64,000 nt of DNA from Escherichia coli (GCF_044647545.1 NZ_CP172818.1); one strand, 5' to 3'; numbered from the stretch's first letter, positions 37,311 to 47,134 are shown. Numbers and translations: made by a program. Notes: generated by a model from the letters alone, not told the origin.

Positions 37311-38576
37311 ATGAAAGCGATCTTAATCCCATTCTTATCTCTTCTGATTCCGTTCACCCCGCAATCTGCATTCGCTCAGAGTGAGCCGGAGCTGAAGCTG
37401 GAAAGTGTGGTGATTGTCAGTCGTCATGGTGTGCGTGCTCCAACCAAGGCCACGCAACTGATGCAGGATGTCACCCCAGACGCATGGCCAACCTGGCCGG
37501 TAAAACTGGGTTGGCTGACACCGCGCGGTGGTGAGCTGATCGCCTATCTCGGACATTACCAACGCCAGCGTCTGGTAGCCGACGGATTGCTGACGAAAAA
37601 GGGCTGCCCGCAGCCTGGTCAGGTCGCGATTATTGCTGATGTCGACGAGCGTACCCGTAAAACAGGCGAAGCCTTCGCCGCCGGGCTGGCACCTGACTGT
37701 GCAATAACCGTACATACCCAGGCAGATACGTCCAGTCCCGATCCGTTATTTAATCCTCTAAAAAATGGCGTTTGCCAACTGGATAACGCGAATGTGACTG
37801 ACGCGATCCTCAGCAGGGCAGGAGGGTCAATTGCTGACTTTACCGGGCATCGGCAAACGGCGTTTCGCGAACTGGAACAGGTGCTTAATTTCCCACAATC
37901 AAACTTGTGCCTTAACCGTGAGAAACAGGACAAAAGTTGTTCATTAACGCAGGCATTACCATCGGAACTCAAGGTGAGCGCCGACAATGTCTCATTAACC
38001 GGTGCGGTAAGCCTAGCGTCAATGCTGACGGAGATATTTCTCCTGCAACAGGCACAAGGAATGCCGGAGCCGGGGTGGGGAAGGATCACTGATTCACACC
38101 AGTGGAACACCTTGCTAAGTTTGCATAACGCGCAATTTTATTTACTACAACGCACGCCAGAGGTTGCCCGCAGTCGCGCCACCCCGTTATTGGATTTGAT
38201 CATGGCAGCGTTGACGCCCCATCCACCGCAAAAACAGGCGTATGGTGTGACATTACCCACTTCAGTGCTGTTTATCGCCGGACACGATACTAATCTGGCA
38301 AATCTCGGCGGCGCACTGGAGCTCAACTGGACGCTTCCTGGTCAGCCGGATAACACGCCGCCAGGAGGTGAACTGGTGTTTGAACGCTGGCGTCGGCTTA
38401 GCGATAACAGCCAGTGGATTCAGGTTTCGCTGGTCTTTCAGACTTTACAGCAGATGCGTGATAAAACGCCGCTATCATTAAATACGCCGCCCGGAGAGGT
38501 GAAACTGACCCTGGCAGGATGTGAAGAGCGAAACGCGCAGGGCAGTGTTCGTTGGCCGGTTTTACGCAAATCGTGA
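37311..38576 (+). CDS. appA: Periplasmic phytase / acid phosphatase AppA with frameshifted, truncated C-terminus
   Basis: ATG at 37311 gives MKAILIPFLSLLIPFTPQSAFA signal peptide; RHGVRAP histidine acid phosphatase motif. Frame ends ...NAQGSVRWPVLRKS*, whereas the +1 frame reads LAGFTQIVNE (the expected AppA C-terminus, recalled) before running into GC-rich DNA. Confidence 0.85.
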   Translation: MKAILIPFLSLLIPFTPQSAFAQSEPELKLESVVIVSRHGVRAPTKATQLMQDVTPDAWPTWPVKLGWLTPRGGELIAYLGHYQRQRLVADGLLTKKGCPQPGQVAIIADVDERTRKTGEAFAAGLAPDCAITVHTQADTSSPDPLFNPLKNGVCQLDNANVTDAILSRAGGSIADFTGHRQTAFRELEQVLNFPQSNLCLNREKQDKSCSLTQALPSELKVSADNVSLTGAVSLASMLTEIFLLQQAQGMPEPGWGRITDSHQWNTLLSLHNAQFYLLQRTPEVARSRATPLLDLIMAALTPHPPQKQAYGVTLPTSVLFIAGHDTNLANLGGALELNWTLPGQPDNTPPGGELVFERWRRLSDNSQWIQVSLVFQTLQQMRDKTPLSLNTPPGEVKLTLAGCEERNAQGSVRWPVLRKS

Positions 38577-38581
38577 ATGAA

Positions 38582-38840
38582 CGGGGGGACGACGGGCGAC
38601 GGGGGCCGCGGGGAAGACGACGGGACGCGGGGCTATCCGCCAGCGCGGCTGTTCGCGTTGCGGGTCGCGGCGCGGGCCCCGTGGTGCGCCTGCCGCTGGG
38701 CGCCTGGCCTGCTCGGCCTGCGGGGGTTGGTGCGGCGGGGCCGCTTGTCCCGCCGGGCGCCGCGCGCGTCCGCGGGCGGCCGTCGGCGCTCGGCGCGGGC
38801 GGGCCGCGCCTCGGGGGCCGCCCCCCCCGGGCGCCTCTCC
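38582..38840. other. Compositionally foreign GC-rich block (about 85% GC) at the appA-cspH junction; origin unknown
   Basis: Counted 80-93% GC per 60-nt line against roughly 50% in flanks; G/C homopolymer runs (8 C at 38821-38828); open frames on both strands with Arg/Gly/Pro/Ala-rich translations and no RBS. Confidence 0.8.
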
Positions 38841-38841
38841 A

Positions 38842-39054
38842 TCAAGACAAATAAACATTTGCCGCTGTTGGTCCTCGCAGGCCATTTACGCGGCAAAATT
38901 CCACGCGTAATCCTGGTATAAGCACTTCTGCGTCGCGGGGAGTGAATGCGGAAATATGGACCTGGACTTCTTTACGACCGTCGGAGGGGATAATGAATCC
39001 TTTGCCGCTTTTGCGATCAAAGGTTTTGACAATTCCTGTCATTTTACGGGACAA
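38842..39054 (-). CDS. cspH: Cold-shock-like protein CspH
   Basis: 70-aa [40 protein letters not shown]... Confidence 0.9.
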
Positions 39055-39339
39055 ACAAATTCCTTACTGAAAATACTGCGCTGCACTATACGGGGTTAAT
39101 AAAATAAAGCCAGCGATATTTAAGACCGCCGGACGGCTAAAATAAAATTTGCTTAATCTCAATTATCATGCGTTAATAGCTGCGTCGGTTTGAAAGACAG
39201 ACAGCATACAAAGTAGTTTACTAAAGCAGTTCTCATTATCAGGCATTATCCCCTTCTTTTGAGTCTCTCTCCTGAACACTAAGTAGTTTCTGTATTAAAG
39301 CCCTGTTTGCCGAAAGGCCCAAAATGAAGGAAGTAAAAT

Positions 39340-39552
39340 ATGTCTAATAAAATGACTGGTTTAGTAAAATGGTTTAACGCAGATAAAGGTTTTGGCTTTA
39401 TCACTCCTGATGATGGCAGCAAAGACGTTTTCGTCCATTTCACCGCCATCCAGAGCAATGAATTCCGCACGCTGAACGAAAATCAGAAAGTTGAATTTTC
39501 TATTGAGCAGGGGCAACGTGGTCCCGCGGCAGCGAACGTTGTTACGCTCTAA
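39340..39552 (+). CDS. cspG: Cold-shock protein CspG
   Basis: 70-aa [40 protein letters not shown]... (RNP1-like KGFGFI). Confidence 0.95.
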   Translation: MSNKMTGLVKWFNADKGFGFITPDDGSKDVFVHFTAIQSNEFRTLNENQKVEFSIEQGQRGPAAANVVTL

Positions 39553-39725
39553 GGTTGCCGTTATTACTCAACATCTCCATTTCCGCTGTCCATGTTGTCA
39601 TGGTTCACAGTACCGCACATCGGCATTCGATGTGACGGAGCGAAATCCTTTAGGGGCAAAGTGTATTTTTTGTAAATCGACGATGATCACCTTTGATAAC
39701 GTCGCGCTGCAAATACGCACTGAGC

Positions 39726-39956
39726 ATGCGCCGCTGGATTTCACAAAATAATATCAGGCTCCCTCGTGGAGCCTTTTTTATATCTGCCTTATTTTTCTTC
39801 AACGCTGTATGTATAGTAAGCGATAACCTGTTGATTATTGAATCTTTCGGGGAGATGGCTTATAACATTTCTTACCTGACCAGGGTACCGGGAACCAACA
39901 CCTTACTGGCGTGTTGCTGTCATTTAAGACCAGAAGAGGTTAACAGTGAATATTGA
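39726..39956 (+). CDS. ymcE: Small protein YmcE (cold-shock locus)
   Basis: 76-aa ORF MRRWISQNNIRLPRGAFFISALFFFNAVCIV... Confidence 0.7.
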   Translation: MRRWISQNNIRLPRGAFFISALFFFNAVCIVSDNLLIIESFGEMAYNISYLTRVPGTNTLLACCCHLRPEEVNSEY

Positions 39957-40119
39957 AGAGTTAAAAAAACAAGCCGAAACGGAAATCGCTGACTTTATCG
40001 CGCAAAAAATCGCCGAGCTGAACAAGAATACAGGGAAAGAAGTCTCTGAAATTCGCTTCACCGCACGAGAAAAAATGACCGGGCTTGAAAGTTATGATGT
40101 CAAAATCAAAATAATGTGA
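39946..40119 (+). CDS. gnsA: GnsA (secG-null suppressor, unsaturated fatty-acid regulator)
   Basis: GTG start at 39946; 57-aa ORF (M)NIEELKKQAETEIADFIAQKIAELNKNTGKEV...; under the track threshold. Confidence 0.75.
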   Translation: MNIEELKKQAETEIADFIAQKIAELNKNTGKEVSEIRFTAREKMTGLESYDVKIKIM

Positions 40120-40167
40120 TTTTGTGAACATCACCCCGTGCGAGGTGATGTTCCGCTTGTTGCTAAT

Positions 40168-41241
40168 TTAGTGACCAATCATTGGCGCTTGCGGAATTAA
40201 GCGTCGGTACAATTCCTGCGGCACCGGGCTTTGCCATACTCCCGCATACATTGCGTAACCAATCACCGCAAACATAATCCCCAGAACCAGTAGCGTCATT
40301 AACCAGCCAGACAACGCAAAGGCTTTTTTATTTGCCGCAGGTTTTTGCAGTGAAAAGGTTAATGTTGAGGCTACCGGACATGACTCTACGCAAGTCATAC
40401 AGCCGGTACATTCCACTGTTCGTACCTGAATTAATTTATCGACCGGGATCCGTGATGGGCAATTTTTTGCGCATTTGCCACAGTCGATACAACTTTCGGC
40501 ATTGCGACGAATCTTAAACGGCGATAATAGCGAAACCATGCCCATCAGCGCGCCATATGGGCAAAGATAACGACACCAGGCATGGCGAATAAACAGGCTG
40601 GCAATCAGCAAAACGGTCACGCTGATTAATGTCGCGGTCCCCATATGACGAAAGAAATCGAGCATTTTAACGTCCATCACCACGCTGTAGGGCGACAACA
40701 TAAAATAGTGAATCGCCTGAGCGGGCATCAATAACGCGATATAGAGAAAAAAACTCAACAGCAAATACTTCACGCCGCGCAGAGGAATATCCAGCCAGCG
40801 GGGAAGGACACATTGCCGACCAAACAGTTTGTTACCGAGATCGCCGATTAATTCAGAAAGCGTACCAACCGGGCATAACCATGAGCAAAAGGCCTTTTTG
40901 AGTAATAGACTGATGACGATAAAAGCGACCAATAACAGCATCGCGGCGGCGTGGACGGACGGTAACTGACCTGTTGCAAGGCTATATTTCAGATTCATCA
41001 GACCGGCAATCGGTAGCCAGCCTTCGATACCTCCCGGTCTGGCGACAAATGTCGTACTACCTGCCGTTTCGTAATAGCGCACCCAATACCAGAACGTGAT
41101 GGCAATATAAATATTCATTGCCAACAGTAATAATTGCGTCGCTTTACGCCAGGTCGTGGCATTGCGCCAGTCATTCCACGGTAATTTGCCGCCCGTCGTG
41201 CCTGGCCGCCGCTGCCAGCGGGTTCTTTTTTTCTCTGCCAT
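40168..41241 (-). CDS. yccM: Membrane-bound 4Fe-4S ferredoxin-like protein (NapH/MauN family)
   Basis: 357-aa ORF MAEKKRTRWQRRPGTTGGKLPWNDW...; two CxxCxxCxxxCP clusters. Confidence 0.9.
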   Translation of the reverse strand: MAEKKRTRWQRRPGTTGGKLPWNDWRNATTWRKATQLLLLAMNIYIAITFWYWVRYYETAGSTTFVARPGGIEGWLPIAGLMNLKYSLATGQLPSVHAAAMLLLVAFIVISLLLKKAFCSWLCPVGTLSELIGDLGNKLFGRQCVLPRWLDIPLRGVKYLLLSFFLYIALLMPAQAIHYFMLSPYSVVMDVKMLDFFRHMGTATLISVTVLLIASLFIRHAWCRYLCPYGALMGMVSLLSPFKIRRNAESCIDCGKCAKNCPSRIPVDKLIQVRTVECTGCMTCVESCPVASTLTFSLQKPAANKKAFALSGWLMTLLVLGIMFAVIGYAMYAGVWQSPVPQELYRRLIPQAPMIGH

Positions 41242-41323
41242 GATTTTGCCAGTCCGTTAAGTTGCATACCAAATGCCACTATTCTAGTTGTTCTTAACTG
41301 GCTGATATTGATTCAAATCGCGT

Positions 41324-44056
41324 TCAGGTCTTTCTTATTAACCATGCTTCCAGAGCGGCAACACTGCGTGTAATTTCTTCGTGTGGAAGGGGGGCAGATA
41401 ATGGCTGCTGCTCCAGTTGTGCGCAAAGCTGGCTGGCGCTACGCATTCCCAGACTCGAGCAACTGCTTTTTAGCTGATGTGCGGCACGCTTTATTTTTTC
41501 GCTGTTCTGGCTGGCGCGGGCAATGTCGATTTCATCGAGAAGCGGCAGGGCATGTTGTTTAAATAATATCAGCCATTCGTGGATCTTCTCCGTCCCCATC
41601 AACTGAGCATCTTCATTGAGTTGCGATACATCCAGCGGTTGATCGTTATTGACTTGTAGTTGGAGATAGTGCGCCAGTAACTGACCGAGCACTTCACGCG
41701 GCACCGGTTTAGGGATAATCCCGCGAAATAATGAACTGGTACGCTGGCGCAACGTTTCGTCGATGACATGAGCGCTAAAGCCAATCAAAACCAGCGACGG
41801 ATATTGCTGTGCCAGTTGCCGGGCAAGCGTGATGCCGTCGATATCGGGCAGATCAAAATCCACCAGTGCGGCAGCAAACGGTTCACTATTTTGCAACGTC
41901 TCTATCGCGTGCGCGGCATTTCCTACCGCAACGACCTGCGCACCACTGGTAGTCAGCATCTCGACGGTAATTCGCTGGGTTAGCGGGTTATCTTCAATTA
42001 ACAGCAAACGTAAACCGTCCAGACGCACCGCCTGATTGACTGTTTTTGGCACGGGAGCAGTGGCAACACGTAACGGCAAGCGTAAACAAAAACAGCTTCC
42101 AACTTCCGGCGTGCTGGTGGCGCTCAGTTCGCCGCCCATCGCCTGGGCCAGACGGCTACTGATAGTCAGCCCCAGCCCGGTGCCGCCGCGTTTGCCGCTT
42201 ACCTGCACAAATGGCTGGAAGATTTCTGCCAGTTTCGCGGGATCAATACCGCAGCCGCTGTCTTCCACTTCGACCAGCCATTGCTCGCCATCAGTGCGGC
42301 TACGTAAAACGATCTGCCCTTCGTCAGTAAAACGCAGGGCGTTGCTCAACAGGTTGGTTATAACCTGACGAATACGTCGCGGATCGCCCATTAACGCGGT
42401 CGGTACATCGTCGGCAATTGCTGTTGCCAGGTGAATCGGGCGACCTTTAACCCGTCCGCTCATTAATTGCAGGGTACTTTCCAGCAGCGGGCGCGGTTCA
42501 AAGGGCTCATCGCTGACCGAAACATTCTTGCCACCCGCTTCGATAGCCGAATAATCGAGAATATCGTTGAGGATGGTCAGCAACGATTCACCAGAGTCGG
42601 TAATTGCCCGCAAATCATCACGCTGGGCATTAAGTGCGGGGTTATCTGCCAGCAGTTGCGCGGTGCCAAGAATACCGTACAGCGGTGTGCGGATCTCATG
42701 GCTCATCGCCGCCAGAAACGCCGATTTTGCCTGGCTGGCTTTTTCTGCTTCCGCCCGTGCCTGTCGGTGTTCTATCACCAGTTCCTGCAATTCAGCTGTA
42801 CGCGCTTTGACCTGCGCCGCCAGCTGTTCACGGTGGCGATTCAGTGCATGAACACTGCTGCGAAACGCATCCATCAGCCGCCCGATGGTGTCCAGCTCCC
42901 GCACGCCAGCGGTTTCCGGGAAAGGGGAGTTGATATCACCGTCCAGCAGCCGTTGCAGCGCCTGCGTTTGTTCGGCAAGTGGACGCGTGACTGAGCGATA
43001 AACCACGCGCCAGAGGATCAGAATCAGTGCGCAAAGTGAAACCATCCCCAGCAATAACAGGCTGTATTGCCCGCGTGCACTGGCTTTTTCCAGATGCGCC
43101 AGTCCGTGCTGATTACGCAGCTCAATGGTGTCGACCAGCTGACTGACTTCGCTACTAAACTGCGCGAACTGGGCGATGTTATTTTGGGCGAGAGTTTGCA
43201 GGCGATTGCTGATTTCACTGTCCTGCTGATACAGCGCCAGCAAATCGCTATATTGGCTAACGGTAGTTAACGTTGTTGCGACCTGAGCACGAACTCCCGG
43301 ATCTTCAATGCGTATTTGCCGACGTTGCAGAATTTTCACCGCATTATTGAGCTGGTGTTCCAGCGTTGCTGCATTTTTCTGGATCTGCTCCAGCCCAAGA
43401 TTCATCACCATTTGCTGCACCCGCAGGGCGCTAAGGCGCAGTTCATTCATCTGGTTAACATACTCAAGATCGATATCAATCAGCCGATCGAGTGCACTTT
43501 CTGCGGCCTGACGCTGATGTTGTTCGATCAAATCGTAAATCCCGGCCTGGGTCGCTCCGGCGGAAGTTGCCGCATTATTCGCCTGACCTTGCGCCAGGCG
43601 TGCGATTTCATCGGCGGCGGCGACTATCTGCTGACTGAGTCGCTGTTGTTGCTGGCGCAGTTGCAAACGCTGCCCCACCAGTTCCCCTTGCTGACGTAAC
43701 GAACGGGAGATCTCCTGCTCCTGTTGTTCAATAGCGGTGGTATCAAAACCTTGTTCCCGTAACGCTTGCAGCAACGCATTAATCTTCAGGCTTTGTGCGG
43801 TGAGCATTCGCCCCTGCGCCTGCCACATCTTTTCGTTATCGGCACTGGTCAGGTTCTGCGCGGCGAAAAGTTCCCAGGCGCTGGCTTCGCTCAACTGGCG
43901 CGCCATATTCATGGTAGGAATCAATGCCTGAGTGTTGTCTTTTTCCACTTGGCTGATAAAGCGCAGGTTGTACCATCCCACCAGGGTACTGGTCAGGGTT
44001 AACAGCGCCATCAGGGCAAAGCCCATCCAGAGTCTTCGGGTCAGGGTTAAATTCAC
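41324..44056 (-). CDS. torS: TMAO sensor hybrid histidine kinase TorS (start approximate)
   Basis: Long ORF with HisKA (SHEIRTPL), HATPase, receiver and HPt regions; probable GTG start at 44056 giving (M)[18 protein letters not shown]; start codon choice not verified. Confidence 0.85.
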   Translation of the reverse strand: MNLTLTRRLWMGFALMALLTLTSTLVGWYNLRFISQVEKDNTQALIPTMNMARQLSEASAWELFAAQNLTSADNEKMWQAQGRMLTAQSLKINALLQALREQGFDTTAIEQQEQEISRSLRQQGELVGQRLQLRQQQQRLSQQIVAAADEIARLAQGQANNAATSAGATQAGIYDLIEQHQRQAAESALDRLIDIDLEYVNQMNELRLSALRVQQMVMNLGLEQIQKNAATLEHQLNNAVKILQRRQIRIEDPGVRAQVATTLTTVSQYSDLLALYQQDSEISNRLQTLAQNNIAQFAQFSSEVSQLVDTIELRNQHGLAHLEKASARGQYSLLLLGMVSLCALILILWRVVYRSVTRPLAEQTQALQRLLDGDINSPFPETAGVRELDTIGRLMDAFRSSVHALNRHREQLAAQVKARTAELQELVIEHRQARAEAEKASQAKSAFLAAMSHEIRTPLYGILGTAQLLADNPALNAQRDDLRAITDSGESLLTILNDILDYSAIEAGGKNVSVSDEPFEPRPLLESTLQLMSGRVKGRPIHLATAIADDVPTALMGDPRRIRQVITNLLSNALRFTDEGQIVLRSRTDGEQWLVEVEDSGCGIDPAKLAEIFQPFVQVSGKRGGTGLGLTISSRLAQAMGGELSATSTPEVGSCFCLRLPLRVATAPVPKTVNQAVRLDGLRLLLIEDNPLTQRITVEMLTTSGAQVVAVGNAAHAIETLQNSEPFAAALVDFDLPDIDGITLARQLAQQYPSLVLIGFSAHVIDETLRQRTSSLFRGIIPKPVPREVLGQLLAHYLQLQVNNDQPLDVSQLNEDAQLMGTEKIHEWLILFKQHALPLLDEIDIARASQNSEKIKRAAHQLKSSCSSLGMRSASQLCAQLEQQPLSAPLPHEEITRSVAALEAWLIRKT

Positions 44057-44138
44057 GGTCGGTGCACTTAAGATGAAAAAGGTTGAGTCGCAAAGCGGAA
44101 TGCATCTAGCATAAAGCCTTATTATTGATGAGGCTATC

Positions 44139-45167
44139 ATGCGCGTACTGCTATTGTTACTTCTTTCCCTTTTCATGTTATCGGCATTTTCGGCTGATAA
44201 CCTGTTGCGCTGGCATGATGCGCAGCATTTCTCGGTGCAACCCTCTACGCCGCTTAAAACCAAACGTGCATGGAAACTGTGCGCGCTTTATCCCAGCCTG
44301 AAAGATTCATACTGGTTATCGTTGAACTATGGTATGCAGGAGGCTGCTCGCCGCTACGGTGTGGATTTAAAAGTGCTGGAGGCAGGCGGCTACAGCCAGT
44401 TGGCTACCCAGCAAGCACAAATCGACCAGTGTAAACAGTGGGGCGCAGAGGCCATTTTGCTCGGTAGTAGCACGACGTCATTTCCCGACCTGCAAAAGCA
44501 GGTAGCAAGTCTGCCGGTGATCGAACTGGTAAATGCTATTGATGCTCCCCAGGTGAAAAGCCGCGTTGGTGTACCCTGGTTTCAGATGGGCTATCAACCA
44601 GGACGATATCTGGTGCAATGGGCGCACGGTAAACCACTGAACGTGCTGTTGATGCCCGGACCCGATAACGCCGGGGGCAGTAAGGAGATGGTCGAGGGTT
44701 TTCGCGCAGCCATTGCCGGAAGCCCGGTACGTATTGTTGATATTGCGCTTGGCGATAACGATATTGAAATCCAGCGTAACCTGTTGCAGGAGATGCTGGA
44801 GCGCCATCCAGAAATCGACGTCGTTGCCGGAACGGCCATTGCGGCAGAGGCGGCAATGGGGGAAGGGCGTAACCTGAAAACACCGCTTACCGTGGTGTCG
44901 TTTTATCTTTCACATCAGGTGTATCGCGGGCTGAAGCGGGGAAGAGTGATTATGGCTGCCAGCGATCAAATGGTCTGGCAGGGGGAACTGGCGGTTGAGC
45001 AGGCCATCAGGCAATTACAGGGGCAATCGGTGTCTGATAATGTCAGCCCACCGATTTTAGTTCTGACGCCGAAAAATGCCGACCGCGAACATATCCGCCG
45101 CTCGCTGTCACCGGGGGGATTTCGTCCGGTCTATTATTATCAGCACACATCAGCGGCTAAGAAATAA
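44139..45167 (+). CDS. torT: Periplasmic TMAO-binding protein TorT
   Basis: 342-aa [28 protein letters not shown]... (signal peptide); divergent from torS. Confidence 0.9.
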   Translation: MRVLLLLLLSLFMLSAFSADNLLRWHDAQHFSVQPSTPLKTKRAWKLCALYPSLKDSYWLSLNYGMQEAARRYGVDLKVLEAGGYSQLATQQAQIDQCKQWGAEAILLGSSTTSFPDLQKQVASLPVIELVNAIDAPQVKSRVGVPWFQMGYQPGRYLVQWAHGKPLNVLLMPGPDNAGGSKEMVEGFRAAIAGSPVRIVDIALGDNDIEIQRNLLQEMLERHPEIDVVAGTAIAAEAAMGEGRNLKTPLTVVSFYLSHQVYRGLKRGRVIMAASDQMVWQGELAVEQAIRQLQGQSVSDNVSPPILVLTPKNADREHIRRSLSPGGFRPVYYYQHTSAAKK

Positions 45168-45832
45168 CCTTCGCCATGTTGTGTCACCAGTAAATCCGCG
45201 CTGAGTTTATGGCGTAAACGACGAATTAACACATCGACGGTGCGCAGGTCAGGGTTTTCCACCCGACGCGCAGAGAGCATACGCCGCAGACGTTCACGGC
45301 TAAGAATTTCGCCCGGATTCGTCACAAATGCCACCAACATTTCATACTCTGCGCGGGTCAGTTTAATCGGCTCGCCATCTCGTTCCAGCGTATGGCGCGA
45401 CACATTCAGGCAATAACCGGCAAAGCGATAGCAGTTGTCCTGAGTGTGCGGTTGAGCTTGTCGCGCGAGGTCGATTCGCCAGAGCAGATTTTTCACCCGT
45501 ACTACCAGTTCGCGCAGTTCCAGCGGTTTGGTGACGTAATCGTCTGCGCCCATTTCCAGTCCAACAATACGGTCAATCCGATCGCTGCGTCCGGTAACCA
45601 GAATAATCCCCACCGTTGAGCGTTCTCGCAGGGCGCGGGTTAACATCAGGCCATTTTCATCGGGCAAATTGATATCCAGCAGAATTAAATCCACCGACTG
45701 ATTCTGCATAATTTCCCGCAGCCCGGCACCGCTCGCCGTAACGGAAACGGTATACCCCTCCTGAGTGAAGTAGGATTGTAATCGCGCCTGGGTAACCGGC
45801 TCATCTTCAACAATAACAATGTGATGTGGCAT
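45140..45832 (-). CDS. torR: Response regulator TorR (OmpR family)
   Basis: 230-aa ORF MPHHIVIVEDEPVTQARLQSYF...; receiver plus winged-helix domains. Confidence 0.95.
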   Translation of the reverse strand: MPHHIVIVEDEPVTQARLQSYFTQEGYTVSVTASGAGLREIMQNQSVDLILLDINLPDENGLMLTRALRERSTVGIILVTGRSDRIDRIVGLEMGADDYVTKPLELRELVVRVKNLLWRIDLARQAQPHTQDNCYRFAGYCLNVSRHTLERDGEPIKLTRAEYEMLVAFVTNPGEILSRERLRRMLSARRVENPDLRTVDVLIRRLRHKLSADLLVTQHGEGYFLAADVC

Positions 45833-45850
45833 CAGAGGGTTTTACTCATT

Positions 45851-45913
45851 CTGTTCATATCTGTTCATATTCTGCCGTAAGCCGTTCATCCTGACCAGTG
45901 CCGCTGTTCATAT
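45851..45913. promoter_or_regulatory. TorR binding sites (four tor boxes) in the torR-torCAD intergenic region
   Basis: Decamers ctgttcatat (45851-45860), ctgttcatat (45861-45870), ccgttcatcc (45882-45891), ctgttcatat (45904-45913); matches known tor-box consensus CTGTTCATAT. Confidence 0.85.
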
Positions 45914-45961
45914 TTACTCATTAAGATCGCTTCACTAAACCATAATTTTACAGGGGCTATT

Positions 45962-47134
45962 ATGCGGAAACTCTGGAACGCGCTACGCCGACCCAGTGCT
46001 CGTTGGTCGGTACTGGCGCTGGTCGCTACTGGGATTGTGATTGGCATTGCGCTGATTGTATTGCCACACGTTGGGATCAAAGTCACCAGCACAACCGAAT
46101 TTTGTGTCAGTTGCCACAGTATGCAACCGGTGTATGAAGAATATAAACAGTCGGTGCATTTCCAGAACGCCTCCGGCGTGCGAGCTGAATGCCATGACTG
46201 TCATATCCCGCCGGATATTCCAGGCATGGTGAAGCGCAAACTGGAAGCGAGCAACGACATTTACCAGACCTTTATTGCCCACTCCATTGATACACCAGAG
46301 AAATTTGAAGCCAAACGCGCGGAACTTGCCGAGCGTGAATGGGCGCGAATGAAAGAAAACAACTCGGCAACCTGCCGCTCCTGCCATAACTACGATGCGA
46401 TGGACCATGCGAAGCAGCATCCTGAAGCGGCGCGTCAGATGAAGGTGGCAGCGAAAGATAATCAATCCTGCATCGACTGTCATAAAGGTATTGCCCACCA
46501 GTTACCGGATATGAGTAGTGGCTTCCGTAAGCAGTTCGATGAGCTGCGCGCCAGTGCTAATGATAGTGGTGACACGCTGTACTCCATTGATATTAAGCCG
46601 ATTTATGCGGCGAAAGGCGATAAAGAAGCCTCTGGTTCTCTGCTGCCTGCTTCGGCAGTGAAAGTCATTAAACGTGACGGCGACTGGCTGCAAATTGAAA
46701 TCACTGGCTGGACGGAAAGTGCAGGACGTCAGCGTGTACTCACCCAATTCCCAGGTAAACGCATCTTTGTTGCCTCGATTCGTGGTGATGTGCAGCAGCA
46801 GGTGAAAACGCTGGAGAAAACCACCGTTGCCGACACCAATACCGAGTGGAGCAAGTTGCAAGCCACTGCGTGGATGAAGAAAGGCGACATGGTAAACGAT
46901 ATCAAACCGATCTGGGCTTATGCGGATTCGTTGTACAACGGCACCTGTAACCAGTGCCACGGCGCACCGGAAATCTCTCACTTTGACGCTAACGGCTGGA
47001 TCGGCACGCTCAACGGCATGATTGGCTTTACCAGCCTCGATAAACGTGAAGAACGCACCTTGTTGAAATATCTGCAAATGAATGCGTCTGATACCGCAGG
47101 TAAGGCTCACGGCGATAAGAAGGAAGAAAAATAA
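45962..47134 (+). CDS. torC: Pentahaem c-type cytochrome TorC
   Basis: 390-aa ORF MRKLWNALRRPSARWSVLALVATG...; multiple CxxCH haem motifs (CVSCH, CHDCH, CRSCH, CIDCH, CNQCH). Confidence 0.95.
   Translation: MRKLWNALRRPSARWSVLALVATGIVIGIALIVLPHVGIKVTSTTEFCVSCHSMQPVYEEYKQSVHFQNASGVRAECHDCHIPPDIPGMVKRKLEASNDIYQTFIAHSIDTPEKFEAKRAELAEREWARMKENNSATCRSCHNYDAMDHAKQHPEAARQMKVAAKDNQSCIDCHKGIAHQLPDMSSGFRKQFDELRASANDSGDTLYSIDIKPIYAAKGDKEASGSLLPASAVKVIKRDGDWLQIEITGWTESAGRQRVLTQFPGKRIFVASIRGDVQQQVKTLEKTTVADTNTEWSKLQATAWMKKGDMVNDIKPIWAYADSLYNGTCNQCHGAPEISHFDANGWIGTLNGMIGFTSLDKREERTLLKYLQMNASDTAGKAHGDKKEEK

Noticed and set aside
38552-38921. Four overlapping ORFs of 87-114 aa on both strands within the GC-rich block (for example 38552-38854 +, 38562-38885 -)
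   Set aside because: Open frames are expected by chance in 85% GC DNA (few stop codons). The translations are Arg/Gly/Pro/Ala low-complexity, overlap on both strands, lack RBS, and one is just the shifted tail of appA. They are not credible genes.
42467-42994. 175-aa ORF antisense to torS
   Set aside because: It is embedded in the torS coding sequence on the opposite strand and is a shadow ORF.
45851-45913. Short direct repeats (ctgttcatat x3 plus a variant) considered as a possible CRISPR or mobile-element terminus
   Set aside because: The units are 10 bp with no spacers and no cas genes; they match the well-known TorR operator boxes of the torCAD promoter.
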